From an uncultured Gemmatimonadales bacterium (GTDB lineage: Bacteria > Gemmatimonadota > Gemmatimonadetes > Palauibacterales > Palauibacteraceae), in NCBI GenBank assembly GCA_963783385.1, contig CAWANJ010000009.1, positions 64,001 through 128,000 on the forward strand: a stretch of 64,000 nucleotides of DNA. Direction: 5' to 3'. The notes beneath the pieces are model-generated. The model was not told the origin of the DNA and made no database searches. It worked only from the letters and a program-made list of their open reading frames with translations. The translations under genes and the position numbers were made by a program. Below are positions 18,155-28,300 of the stretch, piece after piece. Position 1 is the first letter of the stretch. Each line of letters starts with the position of its first letter.

Positions 18155-19672
18155 ATGGACCGCATACTGATCGGCAAGGGCGAGGGGCCCGTCTACCTGC
18201 TGGCCCCGTACGGGAACCGGCACGGACTCGTGGCGGGCGCGACCGGGACCGGAAAGACCGTCTCCCTCCTGGTGATGGCCGAGGGCTTCTCGCGTCTGGG
18301 CGTCCCCGTGGTGATGGCGGACGTCAAGGGCGACGTGGCGGGTCTGGCGATGCCCGGCACGCCGAACCCGAAGATCGACGAGCGGGCGGCGAGCATTGGA
18401 ATGGAGGACTGGGCGCCCGAGGGGAGCCCGGTCCTGTTCTGGGACCTGTACGGGAAGGCGGGCCATCCCGTGCGCACGACGATCAGCGAGATCGGCCCCA
18501 CGCTCCTGGCCCGCATGCTGGAGCTCAACGACACGCAGGAGGGCGTGCTGGAGGTCATGTTCCGGCTGGCCGACGAGCAGGGGCTCCTCCTCCTGGACAT
18601 GGACGACCTCCGGGCCCTGCTCGGCTACGTGGCCGAGCACCGCAAGGAAGTCTCGGAGCACTACGGACTGGTGGCCGGCGCCTCGATCGCGGCCATCCAG
18701 CGGTCCCTCCTGGCCCTGGACCGGGAGGGCGGCACGGAGTTCTTCGGAGAGCCGGCGCTGGAGCTCGCCGACCTGATGCGCACGGACCTGTCGGGCCGCG
18801 GCGTGATCAGCGTCCTGTCGGCAGACCAACTCATCCTCAAGCCCCGGCTGTACTCGAGCTTCCTCCTGTGGCTCCTCTCCGAGCTGTTCGAGCAGCTCCC
18901 GGAAGTGGGCGACCAGGACCGGCCGAGGCTGGTGTTCGTGTTCGACGAGGCGCACCTGTTGTTCGACGACGCGCCGCCCGCCCTGCGTCAGCGGGTCGAG
19001 CAGGTGGTGCGGATCATCCGATCCAAGGGGCGTGGGCGTCTACTTCTGCTCCCAGTTCCCCGACGACGTGCCCGACGAGATCCTGGGACAGCTGGGGAAC
19101 CGGATCCAGCACGCGCTGCGCGCCTACACGCCGCGCGACCAGAAGGCGGTGAAGACGGCGGCCGAGACCTTCGTGGCCAATCCGAACTGGACGTGGCCGA
19201 AGCCATCGGACAGCTCGGCGTGGGGGAGGCGCTCGTCTCGACCCTACAGGAGAAGGGCGTGCCCATGCCCGTGCAGCGAACCCTCATCTGCCCGCCGCGC
19301 TGCCGCATGGGCGCGATCACCGACGAGGAGCGCGCCGCGGTCCGTACGCGGAGTCCGGTCGGGGCGAAATACGACACGCCCGTGAACCGCGAGTCGGCCT
19401 ACGAGAAGCTGGCGGAGCGGGCCGAGGAGAAGGCGGCGCAGGCGCCCCCGCCGGTGGCCGGGGGCCGCGCCGGGGCGGCTGGCGGCGAGGCGGCCCGGGC
19501 CGGGAAGGATCCGGCCCGGAGCTCGCTCGGCGACATGCTGTGGGGGACCACCCGCCGCCAGGGGATGGTCGAGACCATGGCCAAGCAGGCGGCGCGAACG
19601 GTGGGAAGCCAGGTCGGGCGGCAGATCCTGCGCGGGGTGCTGGGAGGGATCCTGGGAGGGTCCAGGCGCTAG
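18155..19672 (+). CDS. DUF853/YjgR-family HerA-like ATPase with two compensating indels (about 19028 and 19186)
   Basis: [15 protein letters not shown] (Walker A) and [10 protein letters not shown] (Walker B). The conserved GVYFCSQ..D and [11 protein letters not shown] segments lie in the alternate frame 19032-19185. Confidence 0.9.
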   Translation: MDRILIGKGEGPVYLLAPYGNRHGLVAGATGTGKTVSLLVMAEGFSRLGVPVVMADVKGDVAGLAMPGTPNPKIDERAASIGMEDWAPEGSPVLFWDLYGKAGHPVRTTISEIGPTLLARMLELNDTQEGVLEVMFRLADEQGLLLLDMDDLRALLGYVAEHRKEVSEHYGLVAGASIAAIQRSLLALDREGGTEFFGEPALELADLMRTDLSGRGVISVLSADQLILKPRLYSSFLLWLLSELFEQLPEVGDQDRPRLVFVFDEAHLLFDDAPPALRQRVEQVVRIIRSKGRGRLLLLPVPRRRARRDPGTAGEPDPARAARLHAARPEGGEDGGRDLRGQSELDVAEAIGQLGVGEALVSTLQEKGVPMPVQRTLICPPRCRMGAITDEERAAVRTRSPVGAKYDTPVNRESAYEKLAERAEEKAAQAPPPVAGGRAGAAGGEAARAGKDPARSSLGDMLWGTTRRQGMVETMAKQAARTVGSQVGRQILRGVLGGILGGSRR

Positions 19673-19708
19673 CGGGTCGAGGCGGAGCCGTTCCGCGGCG
19701 CTCGAACC

Positions 19709-22126
19709 TCACTTCCAGTGCATCCACTTTGTCGCCCACGAGGTGATCCCCAGGTGGCGCTTGGCCATGATGACCGGGCCTTCGATCCGGGCCGCCACGT
19801 TCTCGGGCACGCTGCCGAACACCAGCTGCTGCAGGATGCCCTCCCGGGTCGCGCCGAGCACGGTGAGGTCGTGCTGCCGGGCTTCGTCGATGAGAGCCTG
19901 GGCGATGTCGGCACCCTCGATCAGCCTCACCTTGACGGGGATCCCCGCCACCTGCTCCCGCGCCCGGTCCAGGCGCGCCGTGGCTTCGGCCCGGGCGTTC
20001 TGGTCCGCGTCGGGCGGAACCACGGTCACCAGATGGAGCATGGCCTCCCGCGAGCGGGCCACCGAGGCCGCCACCTCCGCTGCCAGGACCGCGTGCGGGC
20101 CCCCGGCCAGCGGCGCCAGGATCGAACGGACGTGCCCCTGGGCCCGTGAGGCGACCTTCTCGACGAGCACGTCGCAGCGGGCCCGGGTGATGATCCGATC
20201 CAGGTTGCTGCCCAGGACGAACTCGGTCCGCCGCGAACGGCCCCGCCAGCCCACGAGCACGGCGTCGGCCTCCGTCTGCTCGATCGTGTTGAGGATGGCC
20301 TGGGACACGTCGTGCCCGATCTTGACGGTCCCGCTCACCGGCACGTCGGGAGCTTCGCCCTCGGCGTACTCGGTGACTTCGTCCACCAGCGTCCAGTGCT
20401 CGTCGACGAACCTCCGCCCCTCCTCGAGCGGCGTCTGCCGGGGGACCGTGACGATCGCCATGAGAAGGATCTCCGCGTCCCGGTCTCGCGCCACGTCGAT
20501 GGCCGTGCGGACCAGCTGGCGCGCGTGGGCCGGGTTGGCGATCGGCACCAGCAACCGCCGCGCCCGACCCGCCATCGCCTGCTTGGTGACCACGCTGGGG
20601 GTCTCGGCCTCCATGCGGGCCAGCTCCCGGCCCTCCACGTACGCGTAGTAGACGGCCACCCCGAGGACGAACCAAGCCGCCATGACCGTCAGGGCGACGA
20701 AGCCTTCCGAGCCGGAACCGAGTCCCGGTGTGAGCCCGAGGGAGCTGAGGAGGAACGGCGTCAGGACGAGCTGGAGCAGGATGGCCAGCAGCGGCGTGAC
20801 CGGTACGAACGGGACCCGGAAGGGGCGCTCCAGCTCCGGCCGGTTCCGGCGCATGGCGATGAGCGCCACGTTCACCATCGAGAACAGGAGGATGAACATC
20901 ACCGACGAGGAGGCCGCCACGCTCTCGATCGGCAGCGTCATGGCCATCACGGCGATGAGGGCCGAGGAGGCGATGATGGCCACGTGGGGCGCCCGCGTGA
21001 GGGCGTGGATCGAGGACATCCCGTCCGGGAGGAGCTTGTCCCGGCTCATCGAGAAGGCGATGCGCGAGGACGCGTACAGGGTCGCGTTCAGGGCGCTCAT
21101 GGTGGCGGCCAGGCCGGCGATGAGGAGGAGGGGGAGCCCGTAGGGCATGAACTGCCCCGCCGCCTGGATGATTCCCATCTCGCCCAGGTAGCCCAGCACC
21201 TGCCACGTGGTGATGCCCACCTGTCCCGTGAGTCCCGCCAGCCCGAGGAGGTGCGGGTTCACTTCGATGCCGCCGATGGCGGCGAACGCCACCAGGACGT
21301 AGATGGGCACGACCACCACGAGGGAGTAGAAGATGGCCTTCGGGATGTTGCGGGCCGGGTCGATGATCTCTTCACCCGACTGGACGATGATGTCGTAGCC
21401 CTCGAAGGCGACGTAGGTGAAGCCCATCGCTGCGAGCACGCCGCCCATCCCGGTCGCGAAGAACCCGCCTCCCGCCAGGAACTTGGTCGTCCAGCCAGGC
21501 TCGCGGATCGTGGCCGCGGTGCCGAAGCCGATGAACAGGCCGAGGATGAGGATCTTGACGCTGGTGACGACGATGCCGGCCTTCCCGGTCTCCTCGGCCC
21601 CCCGGTAGTTCACGTAGGCGAAGAGCGCGACCACGAGACCGGCCAGGATCTTCTCCCAGGCGTGGCGGCTCATGCCCAGGAAGTGGAGGCCCTCCGTCCC
21701 CCCGAAGAACAGGATGCCGATGAAGGCCGTGAAGAAGGAGCCGAAGGTGACGGCGTACAGGGCGCAGGCCACGGCCTGGGCGAACCAGTTGGTCCAGCCG
21801 GTATAGAAGCCCAGCGGCCGGGGCAGGGACTCGGACACCCAGTTGTAGGCGCCCCCCGAGCGCGGGAAGCTGGCCCCGAGCTCCGCGTAGGCCATGGCCG
21901 TGAGGAAGGCCACGGCGGCGTTCAGGGCGAAGGCGACCAGGAGCGCCGGGCCCGCCAAACCCGCGGCGAAGCCGGTGAGGGCGAACACGCCCGCCCCGAT
22001 CATCGCCCCGATGCCGATGAACGTGACGCTGACCAGGCCCATGTCCCGGGAGAGCTCTCCCTCCCGGGGCGCCCCCGCTTCAGGGCGCTCGCCCGCCTCC
22101 CCGCCTGCTGCGTCCGGGCTCACCAT
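19709..22126 (-). CDS. APC amino-acid permease fused to two universal stress protein (USP) domains
   Basis: IGAMIGAGVF, YAELG, AFEG and ERPFRVP permease motifs. USP motifs LLVPIANP, VLGSNLD, ILAPLAGGPH and FGSVPE. Confidence 0.9.
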   Translation of the reverse strand: MVSPDAAGGEAGERPEAGAPREGELSRDMGLVSVTFIGIGAMIGAGVFALTGFAAGLAGPALLVAFALNAAVAFLTAMAYAELGASFPRSGGAYNWVSESLPRPLGFYTGWTNWFAQAVACALYAVTFGSFFTAFIGILFFGGTEGLHFLGMSRHAWEKILAGLVVALFAYVNYRGAEETGKAGIVVTSVKILILGLFIGFGTAATIREPGWTTKFLAGGGFFATGMGGVLAAMGFTYVAFEGYDIIVQSGEEIIDPARNIPKAIFYSLVVVVPIYVLVAFAAIGGIEVNPHLLGLAGLTGQVGITTWQVLGYLGEMGIIQAAGQFMPYGLPLLLIAGLAATMSALNATLYASSRIAFSMSRDKLLPDGMSSIHALTRAPHVAIIASSALIAVMAMTLPIESVAASSSVMFILLFSMVNVALIAMRRNRPELERPFRVPFVPVTPLLAILLQLVLTPFLLSSLGLTPGLGSGSEGFVALTVMAAWFVLGVAVYYAYVEGRELARMEAETPSVVTKQAMAGRARRLLVPIANPAHARQLVRTAIDVARDRDAEILLMAIVTVPRQTPLEEGRRFVDEHWTLVDEVTEYAEGEAPDVPVSGTVKIGHDVSQAILNTIEQTEADAVLVGWRGRSRRTEFVLGSNLDRIITRARCDVLVEKVASRAQGHVRSILAPLAGGPHAVLAAEVAASVARSREAMLHLVTVVPPDADQNARAEATARLDRAREQVAGIPVKVRLIEGADIAQALIDEARQHDLTVLGATREGILQQLVFGSVPENVAARIEGPVIMAKRHLGITSWATKWMHWK

Positions 22127-22250
22127 AGCCGCAACGATAGGCCCGTCGGACGCCTGCGGCCAGCGCGACGCGGGCCCGTCGACCTGGCCGCGCTCCCGAG
22201 GAGCGTCGCGAGCGTCCCGCCTCTCTGGCGTGGGGGGTCCGCACATTGGG

Positions 22251-22380
22251 GAGCGTACGATCCGTCGGTAGCGGAACGGGCCGGAGCGGACCCGCGTTGG
22301 TGCGGTGGGCGCCACCATGGCATCTTCGGCCACTTGCGAAGTGGCACCCGCACTCTGACGCGTGAGCGTCGGGCGGCGTG
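22251..22380 (+). repeat. Direct repeat R2, left copy
   Basis: 111/130 identical and ungapped against 33353-33482. Confidence 0.92.
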
Positions 22381-22663
22381 CCGACGACCCCGGCTGCTTG
22401 CACCCTTTCTCACAACCAAATTGTTCACACGTCTGCATTTAGTGACGCGGTCCCGCACCGATCGGCGCGCCGGCTCGGCGGAGGCCGGCGCGAGTGCCAA
22501 CCGCGCGCAGACTGGACTTTGCGGCCCTCAATCCCTTCCGGGCACGACTCTTCCACCCCACGACGCGCCTTTGCGGCTCTTGACGTCGCCGCGTACCGCC
22601 GGGCAGCGTCGCACGGGCGTCCGCGTGACACCCGTTTTTTCTAAATATCTGTTTGCATTCAGC

Positions 22664-22755
22664 TCGGGCGGCGTCCTCCGCCGCCCGACGCCTGCCGTCT
22701 GACGAACGCCGGTTCAAACCGGCGCCGTAGCCGCAGAGGTCGTCGGTCCTCTGCG
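22664..22755 (+). promoter_or_regulatory. Structured 5' leader with three tandem perfect inverted repeats
   Basis: Stems at 22664-22688 (10 bp), 22707-22724 (8 bp) and 22732-22755 (8 bp), between an AT-rich tract and the ATG at 22792. Confidence 0.5.
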
Positions 22756-22791
22756 AAAACGAACGATGTCCACCTTCGATGGGAGTCGTGC

Positions 22792-25377
22792 ATGCGTGGG
22801 TGTGTGGTTGAGAAGATCCGACTCGTGTCGCGGTGTGCGCTCATTGCGGGCGCCTCCCTCGCGTTCAGGGCCCCGCCCGCGCGGGCCCAGGGTGCGATCA
22901 CCGCCTCGCTGGTGACGCCCAACCCGACCCCGTACGTGTCCGACCTCCAGACCCGGCCGAGCTGGGTCATGCTCACGGTGACCAACTCGAGCGGGGAGGA
23001 CGTGCGGGCGCAGGTCACCGCCTCGCTGAGCCGCAGCGGCGGAGACGTGCTGGTGGCGACGCTCGGCCCGGCGCCGGCGCCGTTCATGACGATTCCGGGC
23101 AACGCGGCGGCCCCCGCGACGACGGTGATCACGGCGCCCCGGCTGGCCCCGTGGAGCCAGTTCGCCTATACGGGGGAGGCCGGCCAGCAGATCCACGACA
23201 CGGGCCGGCTGCCGGATGGGGACTGGACGCTGTGCGTCACCCTGACGGGCCTCGTGGGCACTCAGACCCAGCGGCCCCTGCCCGACGTGACGGCCTGCTC
23301 GACCTTCATCGTCCGCTACCCCGAGGCTCCCCAGCTCCTGCTTCCCACGAACGGCAGCGACCTCACGCTTTCGACGCCCGTGTTCCAGTGGGCCCCGGCC
23401 ACGGGCGTGGACGGGGCGTCCTATCGCTTCCGCGTCGTCGAGATGATCCGTGGGCAGACGCCGCGCGAGGCGGTGGAGGCCGACCGGCCCGTGCTGGAGA
23501 CGACCCTGTACCGGCAGACGGCGCTGGTGTATTCGCCGGCCGCCTACCCGCTGCGGGCCGGAGCCTGCTACGCGTGGCAGGTGCAGTCCGTCAAGCTCCA
23601 GGGGAGCGACGTGCAGCCGATCCTGGCCCCGGTGGGCACGAATCAGGGACGCAGCCAGATCTTCACGTTCTGCTACCGTCCGCCCCACGTGGCCCAGCTC
23701 CCCGACTCGCTGCCGTCCGACACGACCGCGGGGCCGGGTATCGCGCTCCGGCTGCCGGCGATGGGCGGATCCGGCGGCGGAGGGCCTCCGGCGTACGGCT
23801 CCCGAGCGCGCGGTCCGGGCGCGGGTCTCCAGGCGTCCCAGGGGGCGCCGGCGCCGATCACCGCCACGGGCGACATTACCGCGTACGGCGAGCTGTACGG
23901 CCTGTCCGGCACCGGGGGGCAGCCGGCCCGACCAGACCAGACCGGGCGGATCCAGGTCAACACCACCCTGTCCATGGCGAACGGCCTCGTGCAGGTCCCC
24001 CTCCAGGCCCTCGTCTCCACCGACCAGGTCAGCTTCCGCCAGGAGATCGACCGGCTCGGGGTCAGCCCGACCTGGCGCGATTACACCCTCCACGCGGGCT
24101 ACTACACGCCCCGCTTCACCGACCTGACGCTGTCCGACGCCACCCTGCTGGGCGGGGGCGTCGAGGGGCACCCGGGCGGACTCCGCTTCTCGGCCGGCTA
24201 CGGCCGCGCGCGCCGCTCCATCGCGCCCGACTCCGGTCAGCTCGTGCAGCCCGAATACAGCCGCGTCATGGGCGTGGGCCGGGTGGGCTGGGAGGCACCC
24301 TCGGGGCTCCTGGCCGAGTTCACGGTGGTGAGCGCCCGGGACGACCCGAGGTCCCTGGGGCTGTTCGGGGACACGACCTCGGCGGCCTCACCGCAGGAGA
24401 ACCTGGTCCTCGGCCTCCACGGCAAGGCGCCCATCGCCGAACGGCGCCTGTGGCTCGAGGTCGAGGGGACGCGCTCGACGTACAGGGCGGACCGGCGGGC
24501 TATGGGGGACGCGACGGCCGACGTGGCCGGCTCGGTGGGGCTCACCTGGCAGGTGCCGACGTGGTCGGCCGGCGGGAAGGTGACCTACGTCGGGCCGGGC
24601 TACCACGCGCTCGGCAACACCCAGCTCCAGTCGGACCAGGTGCGCTACGAGGCCACCGGGCAGCTCCACGAGGGGACGGTCTCCCTGGGGCTCCAGGCCG
24701 GGGTGCAGCAGAACAACCTGGACCACACGCTGCAGAGCACGACCAAGCTTCGCGGGATCTACAACTTCACCCTGAGCTGGCAGGCCACGCAGCAGTTCGG
24801 CCTGGACGGCAGCGCCAGCAACATCGTGAACGACGTGCAGAGCACCGACCCCATGCTGGCGCTCAAGAACGTGAACCGCTCCTTCGTGCTCACCCCCCAC
24901 GTGGCCTTCCAGACCGGGCAGGCGCAGAATGTCCTCACCGCATCGGGCACGTGGCAGACGGCCGACAACACGTCGCCCGGCATCACGGGGCTGGAGGACA
25001 CGCGCACGGGGAGCGCCATGCTCGCCTACACGGTGAGCTTCCCGTCCGGGGTGTCGCTCACCGCGACGGGTACCTTCACACAGGTCGAGGTGGACTCGCT
25101 GAAGACGAACCTGACCACGCTGTATCCGGCGCTCTCCTTCCCGCTCGTCCAGGGTCGCCTCAACACGATGCTCGGCCTGCAGTGGACGTGGAGCGGAATC
25201 GCGGGCTCGTCCTACGATCATGAGGTGTACCCGCAGCTCAACGCGTCCTTCGCGGTGTCGCCGCGCCAGCAGGTCACCCTGCAGCTCTCCCACCGGCACT
25301 ACGCCTACGGCGACGCCATGCCGGGCGCGACGTTCAACGAGAACCAGGGGAGCCTGACCTGGAAGTACACGTTCTGA
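22792..25377 (+). CDS. Secreted protein: TANFOR-like/Ig-like N-terminal module plus outer-membrane beta-barrel
   Basis: Signal peptide ending ARA-Q. Motifs LPDGDWTLCV, PVFQWAP, YAWQVQ and NQGRSQIFTF. About 500 aa of amphipathic beta-strands ending LTWKYTF (terminal Phe). Confidence 0.75.
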   Translation: MRGCVVEKIRLVSRCALIAGASLAFRAPPARAQGAITASLVTPNPTPYVSDLQTRPSWVMLTVTNSSGEDVRAQVTASLSRSGGDVLVATLGPAPAPFMTIPGNAAAPATTVITAPRLAPWSQFAYTGEAGQQIHDTGRLPDGDWTLCVTLTGLVGTQTQRPLPDVTACSTFIVRYPEAPQLLLPTNGSDLTLSTPVFQWAPATGVDGASYRFRVVEMIRGQTPREAVEADRPVLETTLYRQTALVYSPAAYPLRAGACYAWQVQSVKLQGSDVQPILAPVGTNQGRSQIFTFCYRPPHVAQLPDSLPSDTTAGPGIALRLPAMGGSGGGGPPAYGSRARGPGAGLQASQGAPAPITATGDITAYGELYGLSGTGGQPARPDQTGRIQVNTTLSMANGLVQVPLQALVSTDQVSFRQEIDRLGVSPTWRDYTLHAGYYTPRFTDLTLSDATLLGGGVEGHPGGLRFSAGYGRARRSIAPDSGQLVQPEYSRVMGVGRVGWEAPSGLLAEFTVVSARDDPRSLGLFGDTTSAASPQENLVLGLHGKAPIAERRLWLEVEGTRSTYRADRRAMGDATADVAGSVGLTWQVPTWSAGGKVTYVGPGYHALGNTQLQSDQVRYEATGQLHEGTVSLGLQAGVQQNNLDHTLQSTTKLRGIYNFTLSWQATQQFGLDGSASNIVNDVQSTDPMLALKNVNRSFVLTPHVAFQTGQAQNVLTASGTWQTADNTSPGITGLEDTRTGSAMLAYTVSFPSGVSLTATGTFTQVEVDSLKTNLTTLYPALSFPLVQGRLNTMLGLQWTWSGIAGSSYDHEVYPQLNASFAVSPRQQVTLQLSHRHYAYGDAMPGATFNENQGSLTWKYTF

Positions 25378-28300
25378 TGGGGGGGCGCGTGCTGATGGGG
25401 CTGATGGGACTGATGGGGCGGACGGCGGCGGGCGCGCGGGCGCGCGGGCGCACGATCGCCCCCGCGGGGCTCGCGTTGGTGGCGCTCGCGGCCGCGAGCG
25501 CACTCCCGGGCGGGCCGTCGACGCTGGAGGCCCAGCAGCCCACGATCACGGTGAGCGTGACCGTGCCGCAGCCCTCGGCCGACTGGCAGGCGTGGAGCAC
25601 GAGCCCGTCCATCGCCATGGTCGTGCTCCAGACCACCCTGCGGCAGCCGATCGCGGTGACCTCCTCCTTCAGGCTCCTCAAGGACGGTCAGCCGCTCGGC
25701 GAGGTGCCGGGCAACATCCAGCAGCTCCCCGCCGGGAGCCAGATCCTCAGGACACCGCAGCTCGCCGCATGGAGCCGCATGCGGTGGAGCGACATCGGGG
25801 CCTCCGTGCAGCGCAGCGGAACGCTGCCGGCCGGCGCCTACCAGCTGTGCCTGGACATCATCCCGCCACCGCCGAGCGCGGACATGTCCATTCGTCTCAT
25901 GACCATCCACCGGTGCGCGAGCTTCACGCTGACGGCTCCGAAGGTCCTGTCCACGCCGCCCATGACCGTCAACCTGCCGCCGCCCCACCTGATCGCGCCC
26001 GCCAGCCGATCCGAGTCGCGGCTGCCGCAGCCGACCTTCCAGTGGACGCCCGTGGTGTCGCGCGACCACCCGCGCCCGACCTACGTGCTGCGCATCGCCG
26101 AAATGCTCCCCGGGCAGACGCCCGAGCAGGCGCTGAACGCCGGTCGGCCCCTCCTGGACCGCGAGCTGATCGGGCGCACGACCTTCCCCTACCCGGCCTC
26201 GGCCCCGAAGCTCGAGCCCGGCAAGACGTACGCGTGGCAGGTGCAGGCGCTGGCCATGCCGAGGGCCGAGGCGGGCGGCGTGAAGCCGCTCGGCATGAAT
26301 CAGGGACGGAGCGAGATCTACACCTTCCGCCGACCGCCGGTGCGGGTGGCGCGGCAGAAGCCGCAGCCGACGGGTCCCACGGCGAAGCCCGGCCTCCTGT
26401 ACGACGCCGCGCTGTCCGGTCGGCTCCTGTATACGTTCCAGCCCAACGGCGTACCGAAGCCCCGGCGCGTGTCCACCTACCTGGGCCAGCCTCCGACGGG
26501 GACGATCTTCGAGATGCAGGGCCAGCCGGGCGGGGGGCACCCGGTCGGCGGCGGGAAGACGGGTGGCCAGCAGGGCGGCCAGGGGGCCGGCGACCAGTCG
26601 GCGCCGTCCGGCGGGCCGGTGCATCTCCAGGACGCTCCGCACACGGACCCCCTCGCGGGCGTGACCGTGCGCCTCCTCGTGCATTACCGGACGGGCGACC
26701 GGTGGGTGCGCGGCGGGACGCTGGCGGCGGGCGGCAAGACGTACACGGACAACGGCAAGGTGGTGGCCAGCGCCCGCACGGCGGATGACGGTCGGTTCAC
26801 CTTCTTCTTCCACGACGACCTGCCGACGGGCCTCATCGCCCTGCACACGACGGTGTCCAGCGGGAGCGGCGAGTTCGGCTTCCACGAGAGCGGCGCGAAC
26901 CTGGCCCGCTTCTACACCCTCGAGGTCGGGGACCCGCACTACGCGAGCCCCTCCGACGAGCTCGAGAAGGGGCAGGGGGGCACCGGCGACGTGGGCACGC
27001 TCGTGGCCCTGGTGCGGAGTTACCGGCTGCAGGTCCGGGTCACACGGGCGGGCACGAAGGCCACGAAGACGGGCCTGCGGGTGCAGCTCCTCCGCCCGTT
27101 CCGGGCCGCCGGCGTGCCCGCCAACGAGGGCGACGCGCCGACCCCTCGCGGGAAGTACGGACTGTTCGAGATCATCGGGCAGGGCGTCACGGGCAACGAC
27201 GGCACCGTGACCTTCCGCCACCTGGTCAAGAACGTGGGTCCCGCCGACCGTTACTCGGTGCGGGTGTCCAGCGACCCCAACAACGTCAACGCGCGCTACT
27301 ACCCGGCGTCCGTCCCGGTCAGCCATTCGATGCCGCTCGATGATCCCGAGGGTTGGGACGATGCCGTGTTCAACGAGGGCTACAGGTCCGACCGGGTCTA
27401 CCGGGCCGACGTGCCCGTGTCCCCGCAGCCCCCGGAGTACTTCGGGACGGTGATCCGGGCCGACACCAGGAAGCCGGTCCCCGAGGCGCTCATGGTCCTG
27501 GTGCAGCACGGCGTGGGAGGCTCGATGATTTTGCATGCCGTGAAGCCTTCGGACGACGGGCAGTTCGTCATCAAGGGCTTCCAGGTGAACCGGAAGTACG
27601 TGGTGTACGTGCACGCCCCCGGCTTCCGTCCCGACTCCAACGTGTTCATGCCGGACTCGGGGGTGGCCACCCACTTCGACCACCAGCTCCGGCCCGACGC
27701 CACCGTGACGCTCTCCCTGGTGGACGAGAACGGGGCGCCCGTGCCGGGGCGGGTGCGCGTGGGCAGCGGAGCCCAGGTCGAAGCACAGCCGGTGTACGGG
27801 AACGACCAGGGCCAGGAGCTGCGGGCGGGCGCCGGTGGAGTGGCGTGGTACACGCGCGGCTCCGGCGGCGCGACGGGTGGCCAGACATCGTCGTCCGGTC
27901 AGACTCCGACGTCCGGCCAGGCGCGACGGGCGGGGACGTCGACCTCGGCGGGCGGCATGACGCGGACCGGGAGCGCGGCGCAGGCCGCGAGCTCCGGCCT
28001 CGTGCACCTGCAGGCGTGGCGCGTCACCCTCCCGGCCAACTCGGGAACCCAGACCGTGCACGTGGACGCGGGGCCCGATTACTTCCCGACCGACACCACC
28101 CTGACGATCCCGAAGGGGGCCTCGGACCTCGGCCGGGCGGTCGTCTACCTGCGCATGCGGCGGCTGCACGTGAAGGTGGTCGCCCTCGAGAAGGCGCCCG
28201 CTCCGCCAGCGGGCCGGAGGCGGCCGACCCGGGGCGGCATGCGCATCGTGCACGTCACCAGCGGCGCCTCGGAGTCCCCGATCGAGGGGGCGGTCGTGAG

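Noticed and set aside
27840-28000. Gly/Ser/Thr/Gln-rich stretch with repeated TCCGGTCAGAC-like units in the giant gene
   Set aside because: A low-complexity protein linker, not a VNTR or DGR variable region. No reverse transcriptase is present in the window.
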